From UHGV virus genome UHGV-0129806: DNA of 40,473 nucleotides; one strand, written 5' to 3'. Below the pieces are notes generated by a model. The model was not told where the DNA came from and did not search any database. It worked only from the letters and a program-made list of their open reading frames with translations. The translations under genes were made by a program, and so were the position numbers. Of the stretch, positions 7,640 through 16,993 are shown piece after piece; the first letter of the stretch is position 1, and each line of letters starts with the position of its first letter. The stretch comes from a virus.

Positions 7640-7790
7640 ACGATGAATGAAATCGAAAAAAAGAGCCTACCTCGTTTGCAGACGAAGTCAGGCACTAAAC
7701 AAAAATTATACAAGTAAATAATAACACGGAAATAGAGAAAGTTAAATGACAATGTCACATTGTCTAGTTTCTCAGAAGGAGAGTGAAAAT

Positions 7791-9098
7791 ATGACAGTGA
7801 AGATTAACAGTTTAGAAGTAGAAAACGTTAAACGTGTTAAAGCAGTAGTAATCCAACCTAATGAAAATGGATTGACAATTCTTGGCGGGAATAATAACCA
7901 AGGAAAGACAAGTGTCTTAGATGCAATTGCATGGGCCTTGGGTGGAAATAAGTATAAACCTTCAAATCCCTATCGCGAAGGTTCTGTGAATCCACCAAAC
8001 TTAAAAATAACTATGAACAACGGCCTAGTAGTAGAGCGAAAAGGTAAAAACAGCTCTCTCACCGTTTTGGATCCAGAAGGAAATAAAGGTGGACAACAAT
8101 TGCTCAATAGCTTTGTAGAAGAATTAGCCATTGATTTACCTAAATTCATGGAATCAACAAGCAAAGAAAAAGCGGCAACTTTATTACAGATTATTGGTAT
8201 TGGTGATCAATTAATGTTGCTAGATCGAAAAGAACAAGAAATATATAATGAACGCTATCAAGTTGGTCGTATTGCAGATCAAAAGAAAAAGTTCGCTGAA
8301 GAACAAATTCATTATGCTGATGCACCAAAGGAATTAGTATCAACTTTTGATTTAATTCAACAACAGCAATCTGTGCTAGCTAAGAATGGCGAGAATCAAA
8401 AAAAGAGAGAAAATGTTCAACGCCTACAAACACAGTTTGATTATGAAACGCAGGAAGTTGAAAGAGTCCGTCAGCAGTTAGCGCAAATGGAAGAAAAGCT
8501 CAAAATTACAGAAAGTGATTTAGCAACAGCGAAAATGTCCGCTCAAGATTTGCAAGATCAATCAACTACTGAATTAGAACAAAATATTCAAAATATTGAC
8601 GAAATAAATCGTAAAGTTCGAGCAAATCTTGATAAAGAAAAAGCTGAACAGGAGGCTGAAGACTATTTAAATCAGTACAAAGAATTATCTGATGCAATTG
8701 ATCTTGTACGTGAAGAGCGTATGAAGTTATTAGAGAATGCTGACTTGCCACTACCTGAATTGTCAGTAAAAGATGGTGAGTTGGTTTATAAAGGACAGCA
8801 GTGGGACAACATGAGTGGTTCAGATCAATTAAAAGTTTCAACTGCAATCGTACGCAAACTAAAACCTCAATGTGGCTTTGTTTTGTTAGATAAATTGGAA
8901 CAGATGGATATGATTACACTTAATGAATTTAGTCAGTGGCTGCAACAAGAAGGATTACAAGCCATTGCTACCAGAGTGTCTACTGGGGAAGAATGTAGCA
9001 TCATTATTGAAGATGGATATGTAACTGAAAATAAATTAGTTGAGGGCGGAACCCCACCTCAACAAGTACAACCAACATGGACGAAAGGAGAATTCTAA
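7791..9098 (+). CDS. SbcC/RecF-like SMC-type ATPase (phage recombination)
   Basis: N-terminal Walker A (LTILGGNNNQGKTSVLDAIAWALGG), long coiled-coil middle, C-terminal ABC signature and Walker B region (GFVLLDKLEQMD). Start ATG 7791 with SD GAAGGAGAG. Confidence 0.75.
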   Translation: MTVKINSLEVENVKRVKAVVIQPNENGLTILGGNNNQGKTSVLDAIAWALGGNKYKPSNPYREGSVNPPNLKITMNNGLVVERKGKNSSLTVLDPEGNKGGQQLLNSFVEELAIDLPKFMESTSKEKAATLLQIIGIGDQLMLLDRKEQEIYNERYQVGRIADQKKKFAEEQIHYADAPKELVSTFDLIQQQQSVLAKNGENQKKRENVQRLQTQFDYETQEVERVRQQLAQMEEKLKITESDLATAKMSAQDLQDQSTTELEQNIQNIDEINRKVRANLDKEKAEQEAEDYLNQYKELSDAIDLVREERMKLLENADLPLPELSVKDGELVYKGQQWDNMSGSDQLKVSTAIVRKLKPQCGFVLLDKLEQMDMITLNEFSQWLQQEGLQAIATRVSTGEECSIIIEDGYVTENKLVEGGTPPQQVQPTWTKGEF

Positions 9099-9101
9099 TT
9101 T

Positions 9102-10148
9102 ATGAACATTACACGTGGAGTAATTGCGAAAGCACAAAAATCAGTAATTTATGGACCCGAAGGAATTGGAAAATCTACTTTGGCAGCCGAGTTTCCAGAT
9201 CCATTATTTATTGATACTGAAGGAAGTACTAATAATATGAACGTTGCTCGAATGGATAAACCAACTAGTTGGAGTATGTTGATGCAACAGGTTGAATTTG
9301 TTAAGCAAACTATGCCATGTAAAACATTAGTTATAGATACAGCAGACTGGGCAGAACGTTTGTGTATTGAGTTTATTACTAGTAGCGCAAATAAAACAAG
9401 TATTACCCAATTTGGTTATGGAGAGGGCTTTATAAAATTAGAAGAAGAATTTGGGCGTTTCTTAAACAAGCTATCAGATTTAACGGAACTAGGAATTAAC
9501 GTTGTTCTAACAGCTCATGCCAAAATTGTTAAGTTTGAACAGCCAGATGAAATGGGTGCTTATGATCGTTGGGAATTAAAATTAGGTAATAAGACGACGG
9601 CTAAAACAGCCTCAATAACTAAAGAATGGGGAGATATGGTTTTATTTTGTAATTACAAAACTTTATCTATTGCTGCGGATGATAAAGGAAGTAAGTTTAA
9701 AGGTCAAGGTGGAAAACGAGTTATTTATACGACACATCATCCAGCTTGGGATGCTAAGAATCGTTTTAGTTTACCCGATGAAATGGACATGAGCTTCGCT
9801 GGATTAGCACATATTTTTGCGCCCAAGAATCCTTTGCCAGTGCAACAACCAGTAATGGAACCGCAAGCACAAGAGAATCATCAAGAATTACAGTCAGAAC
9901 CACAAGTACAATCTATTAACGATTCATCGGTTGACTATACAGGTATTCCACAAAACTTAGTCGATTTAATGAAAGCTAACAACGTTTTACCAGAAGAAAT
10001 TATGGCAGCTACAGAGTCTAAAGGTTATTATCCAACAGGTACCCCAATTCAGAATTATGATCTTGGTTACATTGATGGCGTATTGGTTGCAGCTTGGCCA
10101 GATGTGTTTGCGATGATTCAAGAAATTAGAAAACAAAAAGTAAACTAG
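9102..10148 (+). CDS. RecA-like AAA ATPase (Sak4-like recombination protein)
   Basis: Walker A (VIYGPEGIGKSTLAAEF), Walker B-like (KTLVIDTAD). Conserved partner of DUF669 and the helicase in Firmicutes phage replication modules. Confidence 0.7.
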   Translation: MNITRGVIAKAQKSVIYGPEGIGKSTLAAEFPDPLFIDTEGSTNNMNVARMDKPTSWSMLMQQVEFVKQTMPCKTLVIDTADWAERLCIEFITSSANKTSITQFGYGEGFIKLEEEFGRFLNKLSDLTELGINVVLTAHAKIVKFEQPDEMGAYDRWELKLGNKTTAKTASITKEWGDMVLFCNYKTLSIAADDKGSKFKGQGGKRVIYTTHHPAWDAKNRFSLPDEMDMSFAGLAHIFAPKNPLPVQQPVMEPQAQENHQELQSEPQVQSINDSSVDYTGIPQNLVDLMKANNVLPEEIMAATESKGYYPTGTPIQNYDLGYIDGVLVAAWPDVFAMIQEIRKQKVN

Positions 10149-10160
10149 GAGGAAAAAATA

Positions 10161-10745
10161 ATGACACAACAATTTCAACAAGAACGTGAATTAGGATGGG
10201 ACGATACTATCCAACAAGATAATGATGGAGGCTTATTGTTAGAGCCAGGAGATTATATTTTTGAAGTAGTTAAATTCGAAAGATCTCGTTATACACCTAG
10301 AAGTGGTGATGCAAAACTTCCAGCATGTAATATGGCTAAATTAGAATTGAAAATCCAAACAGCTCAAGGGACAGCCATCGTCTTCAATAATTTATATTTG
10401 CACACTTCTACAGAAGGGTTATTGTCCGCTTTCTTTGCTTCAATTGGCCAAAAGAAAAAAGGAGAGCCATTACAAATGAATTGGACTTTAGTTCCTGGAT
10501 CAAAAGGTGCAGTGAAAATTAAACATCGTTCATATAATAGCAACACATACAACGATGTAGATCGTTTCTATCCAAGTGACGACAGCTACTATCAAACAAA
10601 AGAAATGCCTGAGATTGTTAAACAGTTACAACAGCCAATTCAAGGAACTCAACCAGGAATGCCACAACAAAACAATTGGCAAGCACCACAGGCACCACAT
10701 CCAGCTCAACAGCCAACTCAGGGATATCAACCAGGAGCATTTTAG
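10161..10745 (+). CDS. DUF669-family phage protein (ssDNA-binding-like) with Q/P-rich tail
   Basis: N-terminus (WDDTIQQDNDGGLLLEPGDYIFEVVKFERS) typical of DUF669; synteny. Confidence 0.65.
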   Translation: MTQQFQQERELGWDDTIQQDNDGGLLLEPGDYIFEVVKFERSRYTPRSGDAKLPACNMAKLELKIQTAQGTAIVFNNLYLHTSTEGLLSAFFASIGQKKKGEPLQMNWTLVPGSKGAVKIKHRSYNSNTYNDVDRFYPSDDSYYQTKEMPEIVKQLQQPIQGTQPGMPQQNNWQAPQAPHPAQQPTQGYQPGAF

Positions 10746-10756
10746 GAGTGATGTAA

Positions 10757-12361
10757 ATGGAACTTAGGCCATATCAAGAGGAAGCACGTTCTGCTGTTCA
10801 AAATGAATGGCAGAATAACAAAAAGAAAACATTATTAGTTTTGCCTACAGGCTGTGGTAAAACAATAGTATTTAGCAAAATAATTGAAGACCGCGTAAGG
10901 GCAGGCGAGCGTGTGCTCGTCCTTGCTCATCGTGGTGAATTATTAGATCAAGCCTCTGACAAATTAGAAAAGTCAACAGGGCTAAAAACAGCAACTGAAA
11001 AAGCAGAACAGACTAGTCTAGGCAGTTTTTTAAGAGTAGTTGTTGGTTCTGTGCAAACCATGCAACGAGAAAAACGTTTAAGTAAGTTTCCACCAGATTA
11101 TTTTGACACTATAGTAGTTGATGAAGCTCACCACTGTATCAGTGAAGGGTATCAACGAGTATTAAAACATTTTGATGAATCGAATGTGTTAGGCGTAACC
11201 GCAACGCCAGATCGTGGAGACATGAGAAATCTAGGTTCTTATTTTGAAAGTTTAGCTTATGAATATTCATTAGTGCAAGCTATCAAAGAAGGGTATCTAT
11301 CACCAATAAAGGCCCTAACTATTCCTTTAAAATTAGATTTATTAGGTGTAAAACAGCAAACTGGCGATTTCTCTACTAAAGATTTAGGAACGGCATTAGA
11401 TCCATACTTGGAACAAATTGGTGAAGAAATGGTTAAACACTGCATAAACAGGAAAACAGTTGTTTTTTTACCATTAGTTAAAACTTCCAAAAAATTTAGA
11501 GACATTTTAAATAGTAAAGGTTTTAGAGCTGCAGAAGTAAATGGAGATTCAAAGGATCGTCAAGAAATTTTAGAAGATTTCGACAATGATAAATATAACG
11601 TACTCTGCAACTCGATGTTACTAACAGAAGGCTGGGATTGCCCTTCGGTGGATTGTGTAGTCGTTTTAAGACCAACAAAAGTTCGGTCCTTATATTCTCA
11701 AATGATAGGACGTGGCACACGTTTATTTCCTGGAAAGGAAGAATTATTGCTTTTAGATTTTTTATGGCATACAGAAAGACATGAGTTGTGCCATCCAGCG
11801 CATTTGATAGCAAATAGTGATGAAGTAGCTAAAAAAATGACTGAAAACATTGAAGAAGCAGGTGCTCAAGGTTTCGCTATGGATATTGAAGAAGCTGAAG
11901 TTCAAGCAGAAAAAGATGTTATTGCAGAAAGAGAAGAAGCATTAGCAAAGCAGCTTGAAGAAATGCGTAAGCGTAAACGAAAATTAGTTGATCCTCTGCA
12001 ATTTGAAATGTCTATCCAAGCGGAAGATCTAACGGGTTATGTTCCTAGTTTTGGATGGGAAATGGGGCCACCTTCAAGTCAACAAGTTTCAGCATTAGAA
12101 AAATTAGGAATATTACCAGATGCAATTGATAACGCTGGTAAAGCTAGTCTAATACTTGATCGATTACAAAAAAGAAAAGAAGCTGGGTTGGCAACACCTA
12201 AGCAAATCAGATTATTGGAACAACGTGGATTTAAGAATGTCGGTACATGGTCCTTTGATGGTGCAAGTAAAATGATTAATCGCATTGCTGCAAATGGATG
12301 GAGATTACCAAATGGTATTAATCCAAAAACATATCAAGAAGGTGGTACACATGCCGTTTAA
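10757..12361 (+). CDS. SF2 DEAD/DEAH-box helicase
   Basis: Motif I (LPTGCGKT), motif II (DEAHH), motif III (TATP), motif VI (QMIGRGTR). Confidence 0.85.
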   Translation: MELRPYQEEARSAVQNEWQNNKKKTLLVLPTGCGKTIVFSKIIEDRVRAGERVLVLAHRGELLDQASDKLEKSTGLKTATEKAEQTSLGSFLRVVVGSVQTMQREKRLSKFPPDYFDTIVVDEAHHCISEGYQRVLKHFDESNVLGVTATPDRGDMRNLGSYFESLAYEYSLVQAIKEGYLSPIKALTIPLKLDLLGVKQQTGDFSTKDLGTALDPYLEQIGEEMVKHCINRKTVVFLPLVKTSKKFRDILNSKGFRAAEVNGDSKDRQEILEDFDNDKYNVLCNSMLLTEGWDCPSVDCVVVLRPTKVRSLYSQMIGRGTRLFPGKEELLLLDFLWHTERHELCHPAHLIANSDEVAKKMTENIEEAGAQGFAMDIEEAEVQAEKDVIAEREEALAKQLEEMRKRKRKLVDPLQFEMSIQAEDLTGYVPSFGWEMGPPSSQQVSALEKLGILPDAIDNAGKASLILDRLQKRKEAGLATPKQIRLLEQRGFKNVGTWSFDGASKMINRIAANGWRLPNGINPKTYQEGGTHAV

Positions 12362-12677
12362 AAACAAACAAATTGAACGGTTAGTTTATATAGTAGAAAA
12401 CATTCCTGATTGGGAAAATAATCCTACACTTGTTGAAGAGGTAAAAAAGCTACGTAAGCCTTCACAAGAAGGCATTCATAAGTCGAATACCAGAATAAGA
12501 AACAGGGCAATGGCAAGATATCGTTTATATGAAAATGGTAGTTATGTTACTACCCAGTCGATTAATATGCTATCGGAATACACTGGTCTTTCAGAAATAT
12601 CATTATATCAAATGCTGGATGTTGAGAGAGTAAACCGTGATGGTGTGCGTAGAAAAATTGAAAGATTGAAAAATTAA
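12351..12677 (+). CDS. Hypothetical 108-aa protein, possible HTH
   Basis: ATG 12351 with SD GAAGGTGG. Overlaps the helicase 3' end by 11 nt. Confidence 0.5.
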   Translation: MPFKNKQIERLVYIVENIPDWENNPTLVEEVKKLRKPSQEGIHKSNTRIRNRAMARYRLYENGSYVTTQSINMLSEYTGLSEISLYQMLDVERVNRDGVRRKIERLKN

Positions 12678-12681
12678 CCAG

Positions 12682-12728
12682 AAAGGAGTGGAGGTTTGCG
12701 GCCGCAGTAAAGAATTCTTTACTCCTTT
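12682..12728. promoter_or_regulatory. Nested palindromes upstream of the methyltransferase gene
   Basis: AAAGGAGT...ACTCCTTT inverted repeat enclosing TGCGGCCGCA (12697-12706) and the perfect 16-bp palindrome GTAAAGAATTCTTTAC (12707-12722). Confidence 0.4.
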
Positions 12729-12734
12729 GAAATT

Positions 12735-13499
12735 ATGCAGAGAGAAACGAAAATACAATTATTTAACGATCATTTTCAAAATTATAAACGGTATGGCATA
12801 CCGAAAGCGCAATTAGTTATTGCAGACATTCCTTATAACTTAGGTAAAAATGCATACGCATCAAGTTCTGCATGGTATGAAGGCGGAAAAATTGAAAATG
12901 GAGAATCGAATAAAGCGAATAAAAGCTTTTTTGACACCGATGAGAATTTTAGAATATCAGAATTTATGCATTTTTGCTCAAAAATGTTAAAGAAAGAACC
13001 GAAAGAAGTTGGAAAAGCGCCAGCTATGATAGTATTTTGCGCCTTTCAACAGCTTCAAATGGTGATTGACTATGGTAAAAAGTACGGCTTTAACAATCAT
13101 ATTCCACTAGTTTTTATTAAGAAATCCAGTCCTCAAGTATTAAAAGCAAATATGAAAGTTGTAGGAGCTACAGAATATGCGCTCGTTCTTTATAGAGAAA
13201 AACTTCCGAAATTTAATAACGACGGCCGTATGGTTCTAAATTGGTTTGAATGGGAAACGGATAACAGCTATCCAAAAATACATCCGACACAAAAACCGAT
13301 ACCCGTTATTAAACGGTTGATTGAAATTTTCACAGATTATGGGGATGTTGTAATAGATCCATGCGCTGGTAGTGGCTCTACGCTTAGAGCTGCGGCAGAA
13401 CTCAATAGAAATGCTTATGGATTTGAAATAAAGAAAGAGATGTACGAAGTTGCACAGGAAAAAATGTTGTCAAATATCCCAATGGGGCTATTTATATGA
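12735..13499 (+). CDS. Orphan N6-adenine/N4-cytosine DNA methyltransferase (beta class)
   Basis: DPPY-type motif IV near the N-terminus (VIADIPYN) preceding motif I (VIDPCAGSGST) and HPTQKP. No adjacent restriction endonuclease. Confidence 0.85.
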   Translation: MQRETKIQLFNDHFQNYKRYGIPKAQLVIADIPYNLGKNAYASSSAWYEGGKIENGESNKANKSFFDTDENFRISEFMHFCSKMLKKEPKEVGKAPAMIVFCAFQQLQMVIDYGKKYGFNNHIPLVFIKKSSPQVLKANMKVVGATEYALVLYREKLPKFNNDGRMVLNWFEWETDNSYPKIHPTQKPIPVIKRLIEIFTDYGDVVIDPCAGSGSTLRAAAELNRNAYGFEIKKEMYEVAQEKMLSNIPMGLFI

Positions 13500-13542
13500 A
13501 CTGGAGAACAGCTGTCATTATTTTAGAAAGCGAGTGAAGAAG

Positions 13543-14037
13543 ATGATTCCAAAGTTTAGAGCATGGGATACCTACGAGAAAGAAATGCTAGAAAATGTTA
13601 CACCTTTGTTTGATGACTCGAATAGCATGATGGTCATAATTACGGATTTTCAGATTAAAGGAAGTCCTGGTACGTCTGAAATAGAGATAGGAAGTTATGA
13701 TACAACTTTTAATTGGGATGAATTTCCTTATGTCATCATGCAATCAACAGGATTTAAAGATGATAACGGAGTTGAAATTTTTGAAGGAGACGTGGTCAAC
13801 ATTCATTGGTTTTATACGGATTATGATCCTGAAACTCTAGGAGCTATTGAAAACGAAGCGACAGCAGAAAAAGTAGTGATAACAAAAGAATTTGGAAATC
13901 TTGGATTCTGGTGGAATAGCGGTGATGATTGGGTTGATTTGGCAACGTTGGCACTCACTATCAAATTGCACGAAGAATCATTTGAGCTTTTAGGTAACAT
14001 CTATGAAAATCCAGAATTATTGGAGGAAACAGAATGA
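13543..14037 (+). CDS. YopX-family phage protein
   Basis: FRAWD... N-terminus and characteristic C-terminus GNIYENPELLE. Confidence 0.75.
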   Translation: MIPKFRAWDTYEKEMLENVTPLFDDSNSMMVIITDFQIKGSPGTSEIEIGSYDTTFNWDEFPYVIMQSTGFKDDNGVEIFEGDVVNIHWFYTDYDPETLGAIENEATAEKVVITKEFGNLGFWWNSGDDWVDLATLALTIKLHEESFELLGNIYENPELLEETE

Positions 14038-14195
14038 GCTTTAAAGAAGCTTTCAAGGATGAATATATTGAAATTGACATAAGTAATAATGAAGAAGCAA
14101 AAGCCTTCTTTGAAGAAAATGTATATAAAAGGGAAAGAGAAATATTAAAGAAATCAGAGAGCTTTTTTAAATGTATTGAGGAGGTCGCAGAATGA
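14034..14195 (+). CDS. Small 53-aa acidic protein
   Basis: Not in the track. ATGA overlap at both ends. Confidence 0.35.
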   Translation: MSFKEAFKDEYIEIDISNNEEAKAFFEENVYKREREILKKSESFFKCIEEVAE

Positions 14196-14524
14196 GTAAA
14201 AAAGCCGTTTGGTTATCAGATATTGAATTCATTGAGATGCATAGTAGCGATTGGGAAAGATTGGAAAGTGAAGCGTTTGAGGCAAATGAAAGTGTGCAAG
14301 CGCAGCTCAACGAAAATCAGCAGATTGTGCTGGATTGGTTGAAAAATGACATGCTAGACGATTCCGATTTTTACAACACAATATATAATTCTAGGTTCTT
14401 ACATGTTAATGGAGAGCCGCACCAAAAAGAAAATATAGCATTCATGAAATTGAAAAACAAAGAGTTGGCGCAAGTTATCCAAGCGTTTAGCTGTTGGGCC
14501 ATTGAACAGGAGGAAGCTGAATGA
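14192..14524 (+). CDS. Hypothetical acidic 110-aa protein
   Basis: ORF; translationally coupled (GAGGAGGAAGCTGAATGA junction). Confidence 0.5.
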   Translation: MSKKAVWLSDIEFIEMHSSDWERLESEAFEANESVQAQLNENQQIVLDWLKNDMLDDSDFYNTIYNSRFLHVNGEPHQKENIAFMKLKNKELAQVIQAFSCWAIEQEEAE

Positions 14525-14754
14525 GTCTTGAAAAATGCAAAGCATGTTCTGACTATTTCAAATGGGATGACGACGTTATACAAGTAGACAATGATTATTA
14601 TCATAGAGACTGTGTAACGTTATACCCAACTGGCTATTGCGCTTTCCTTTATGAGGACTGTTTAGGAGAAACGGAAAATGATGATGGTGATATGGCTTTT
14701 AATCTTTTGAGTAAGGGTGAGTATATAGATTTGGATGAGGAGGAAGCGGAATGA
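14521..14754 (+). CDS. Hypothetical 77-aa Cys-containing acidic protein
   Basis: ORF with CxxC...C...C spacing, possibly zinc-binding; coupled junction. Confidence 0.5.
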   Translation: MSLEKCKACSDYFKWDDDVIQVDNDYYHRDCVTLYPTGYCAFLYEDCLGETENDDGDMAFNLLSKGEYIDLDEEEAE

Positions 14755-14945
14755 ATAGTTCAGAAATAATATCTAAAATACAAGAATTACAAGATATCTA
14801 CGGTGACATTGAAATCTTGGTAAATGCTCAAGGATCAGACAACGGATTTTTCAAAATCATCACCAGTGTTGAAATTCAAGAAGGCATGTGTGATGAAGAT
14901 GGCGGTTTTATTGACGAGAGAGTTATTTTAATCTCATGTGAGTAG
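14751..14945 (+). CDS. Hypothetical 64-aa protein
   Basis: ORF; coupled junction. Confidence 0.45.
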   Translation: MNSSEIISKIQELQDIYGDIEILVNAQGSDNGFFKIITSVEIQEGMCDEDGGFIDERVILISCE

Positions 14946-14956
14946 GAGGAAGTGGA

Positions 14957-15217
14957 ATGAGCTACGAAAATTACAAAAATTGTGTTGAAGAGATAAAAGA
15001 CAAGAACGGTAAAGTAATTAAATATCATGACGTTGTTAGAACATCACGAGGTGAAATTTTATTAGTAGGATTTGGAGTAAATCACCATCATAAAACAAAA
15101 GGTTTGAATGCCTTTAATAATTTTATTGGTGCGCATGATTGGTTAGATGTGTATCCAGACGGAGAATTAGAAATCCTAGGAAACGTTGACTTTTTTGGGA
15201 GGAACAGCGATGAATAA
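14957..15217 (+). CDS. Hypothetical 86-aa protein
   Basis: ORF; SD TAGGAGGAAG. Confidence 0.45.
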   Translation: MSYENYKNCVEEIKDKNGKVIKYHDVVRTSRGEILLVGFGVNHHHKTKGLNAFNNFIGAHDWLDVYPDGELEILGNVDFFGRNSDE

Positions 15218-15443
15218 ACAAGTAATAGTATTAAGCGAAGCTGATATTCAAAGCATCATCAACGGTCGTAGGGTCACTAAAAAAGTAAATGATGAACAAG
15301 TAGTAATACGCCAGAGTTATGTCAAAGATTTGGTCGCGCCTGTAACAATTGACAGATACAATGTCAAGGATGAGGTGCTTGAGAAACAATTAAGGGATAT
15401 AAGATCAATAGCTCAAAATCCTTTTATGGAGGGTTACAGATGA
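15210..15443 (+). CDS. Hypothetical 77-aa protein
   Basis: Start MNKQVIVL at ATG 15210 with SD GGGAGG. Overlaps the previous stop. Confidence 0.45.
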   Translation: MNKQVIVLSEADIQSIINGRRVTKKVNDEQVVIRQSYVKDLVAPVTIDRYNVKDEVLEKQLRDIRSIAQNPFMEGYR

Positions 15444-15955
15444 ATAAACAAGAATTAATTAAAGAATTAGAAAACCGCAAAACAATGGGGTCACATATTG
15501 GCGAAGTCGGGGTTAATAGTGGTTTAAATACAGCTATTGACTTAGCAAAACAACTAGACGAACCGAAAAAAGTCGTGATACCACAAGTTGTGGCTGACTG
15601 GATTAAATATGCTAAAAGACAAGGCTATGGATTTATGCAGTCGTATGATCCAATATATATGTCTTATCCAATTAACGATGGCCTTGATAAATGGATAGAT
15701 GATAATGAAGAGACGTTTGCTCATGCTTGGCTTGACGGATACGAAGTCGAGAAAGAGCAATTGTATTATGTTGATTTCATAAAAAACGATGATGTGTATA
15801 AGCGACTGGTTTTTGATCATGAAAATGGTAAATATAATATTGTTGACTGGTCAGATAATTTGATTGGATTGGCTCAAGAAATATTCACTGAACAAGAAAT
15901 CAAAGCAATTGATGAACGTTACTGGCAGTTTGCTGTGAAAGTTGATGGTGAATAG
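15440..15955 (+). CDS. Hypothetical 171-aa phage protein (DUF1642-like)
   Basis: N-terminus MNKQELIKELE...IPQVVADWIKYAK resembles the DUF1642 proteins of streptococcal and lactobacillal phages; assigned by recall only. Confidence 0.45.
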   Translation: MNKQELIKELENRKTMGSHIGEVGVNSGLNTAIDLAKQLDEPKKVVIPQVVADWIKYAKRQGYGFMQSYDPIYMSYPINDGLDKWIDDNEETFAHAWLDGYEVEKEQLYYVDFIKNDDVYKRLVFDHENGKYNIVDWSDNLIGLAQEIFTEQEIKAIDERYWQFAVKVDGE

Positions 15956-16135
15956 ATGATTTTAGAAGAATTGAAATTTACAACGCCAAAACAAAAAGAA
16001 TTGTTCAAATCAATCGTAGAGGATAAGCGACGATTATTAGACAATGAAATCGAAAAATTATATGAGCAGTATTTTAAGCCAGCAGATTCGAGAAAAATTG
16101 AAAACTTAATTAATGTGAAGATGGAGGCTGAATAA
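15956..16135 (+). CDS. Small 59-aa protein
   Basis: Not in the track. ATG immediately follows the preceding TAG. Ends in EAE*. Confidence 0.35.
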   Translation: MILEELKFTTPKQKELFKSIVEDKRRLLDNEIEKLYEQYFKPADSRKIENLINVKMEAE

Positions 16136-16318
16136 ATGGAACAACTCTTATTAACAAAAACTGGCGAAAACCAAATTGATATAAATTCTACAGGAATGGA
16201 TCACAACGAAATTGTCTTCACATTAGCTGCTACTTTAGTCGGATACTGCAAAGAATTAGGACTAACGGAAGCTATACTAAACGAGAGTATGTCTACGCTG
16301 TGGAAAGATGGTGAATAG
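16136..16318 (+). CDS. Hypothetical 60-aa protein
   Basis: ORF; coupled. Confidence 0.4.
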   Translation: MEQLLLTKTGENQIDINSTGMDHNEIVFTLAATLVGYCKELGLTEAILNESMSTLWKDGE

Positions 16319-16579
16319 ATGAAAGATAAAAAATACACACTGAATGAAATAGTTGATCAATTAGTAGGACCAGTTAATCCTGTAGCTGATTCAAGAGTAG
16401 ATGAGGAGCGCAGTGAAAACTTAGATAAACTTATAAGTCTAATTAACCATTTAGGATTGCAATTGTTTCAAGTTAGCACCAGCGATTTAGAGATGTATTC
16501 TAGCGCAAATACTGTGATTAAAAAAGCTAAAAAAGCCTCTAGAGAGTTAGGGGAATTGTTTATAAAGGAGGATGAATAA
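16319..16579 (+). CDS. Hypothetical 86-aa protein
   Basis: ORF; coupled. Confidence 0.45.
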   Translation: MKDKKYTLNEIVDQLVGPVNPVADSRVDEERSENLDKLISLINHLGLQLFQVSTSDLEMYSSANTVIKKAKKASRELGELFIKEDE

Positions 16580-16801
16580 ATGAAATACCAGGTTAGCTGG
16601 GAAAACAAATTAACAAACGAAATAAATATACATGGAACGTTCGAGACATTGCAAGACGCCTTACAATCAATTTATGATTGGTGGGACAAAAATGAATTTA
16701 CTCCTCGTTACATTCGGCACTGGAACACTGGAAATCGTGCGACTATTGATTACGGAAGTCACCACATGTTTTATTATATTTCGGAAGTAGAGGACGAATA
16801 A
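16580..16801 (+). CDS. Hypothetical 73-aa protein
   Basis: ORF; SD AAAGGAGGATGA within the upstream gene's C-terminus. Confidence 0.45.
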   Translation: MKYQVSWENKLTNEINIHGTFETLQDALQSIYDWWDKNEFTPRYIRHWNTGNRATIDYGSHHMFYYISEVEDE

Positions 16802-16993
16802 ATGGAAGATATCTTAATTATACTAGCTTTAGCACTTTACTTTTTGTTAGGCTACATTGTTGGTGAACGTAAATATCTTAAAGTGATGAGAGCTGCAATT
16901 AAATACGAATTGAAATTACCTACAAGTGACTATCAAAAAGGATGGCTTGATTGTTTATATTTCATTCTTAACAGTAACAGAAAGGACAGATAG
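16802..16993 (+). CDS. Small membrane protein (1 TM)
   Basis: Hydrophobic N-terminus ILIILALALYFLLGYIVG. Confidence 0.4.
   Translation: MEDILIILALALYFLLGYIVGERKYLKVMRAAIKYELKLPTSDYQKGWLDCLYFILNSNRKDR

Noticed and set aside
8566-12285. Minus-strand track ORFs within the replication module (8566..8847, 9987..10181, 11257..11813, 12079..12285) and + strand 10576..10767
   Set aside because: All are embedded in longer, domain-supported + strand genes; no independent signals.
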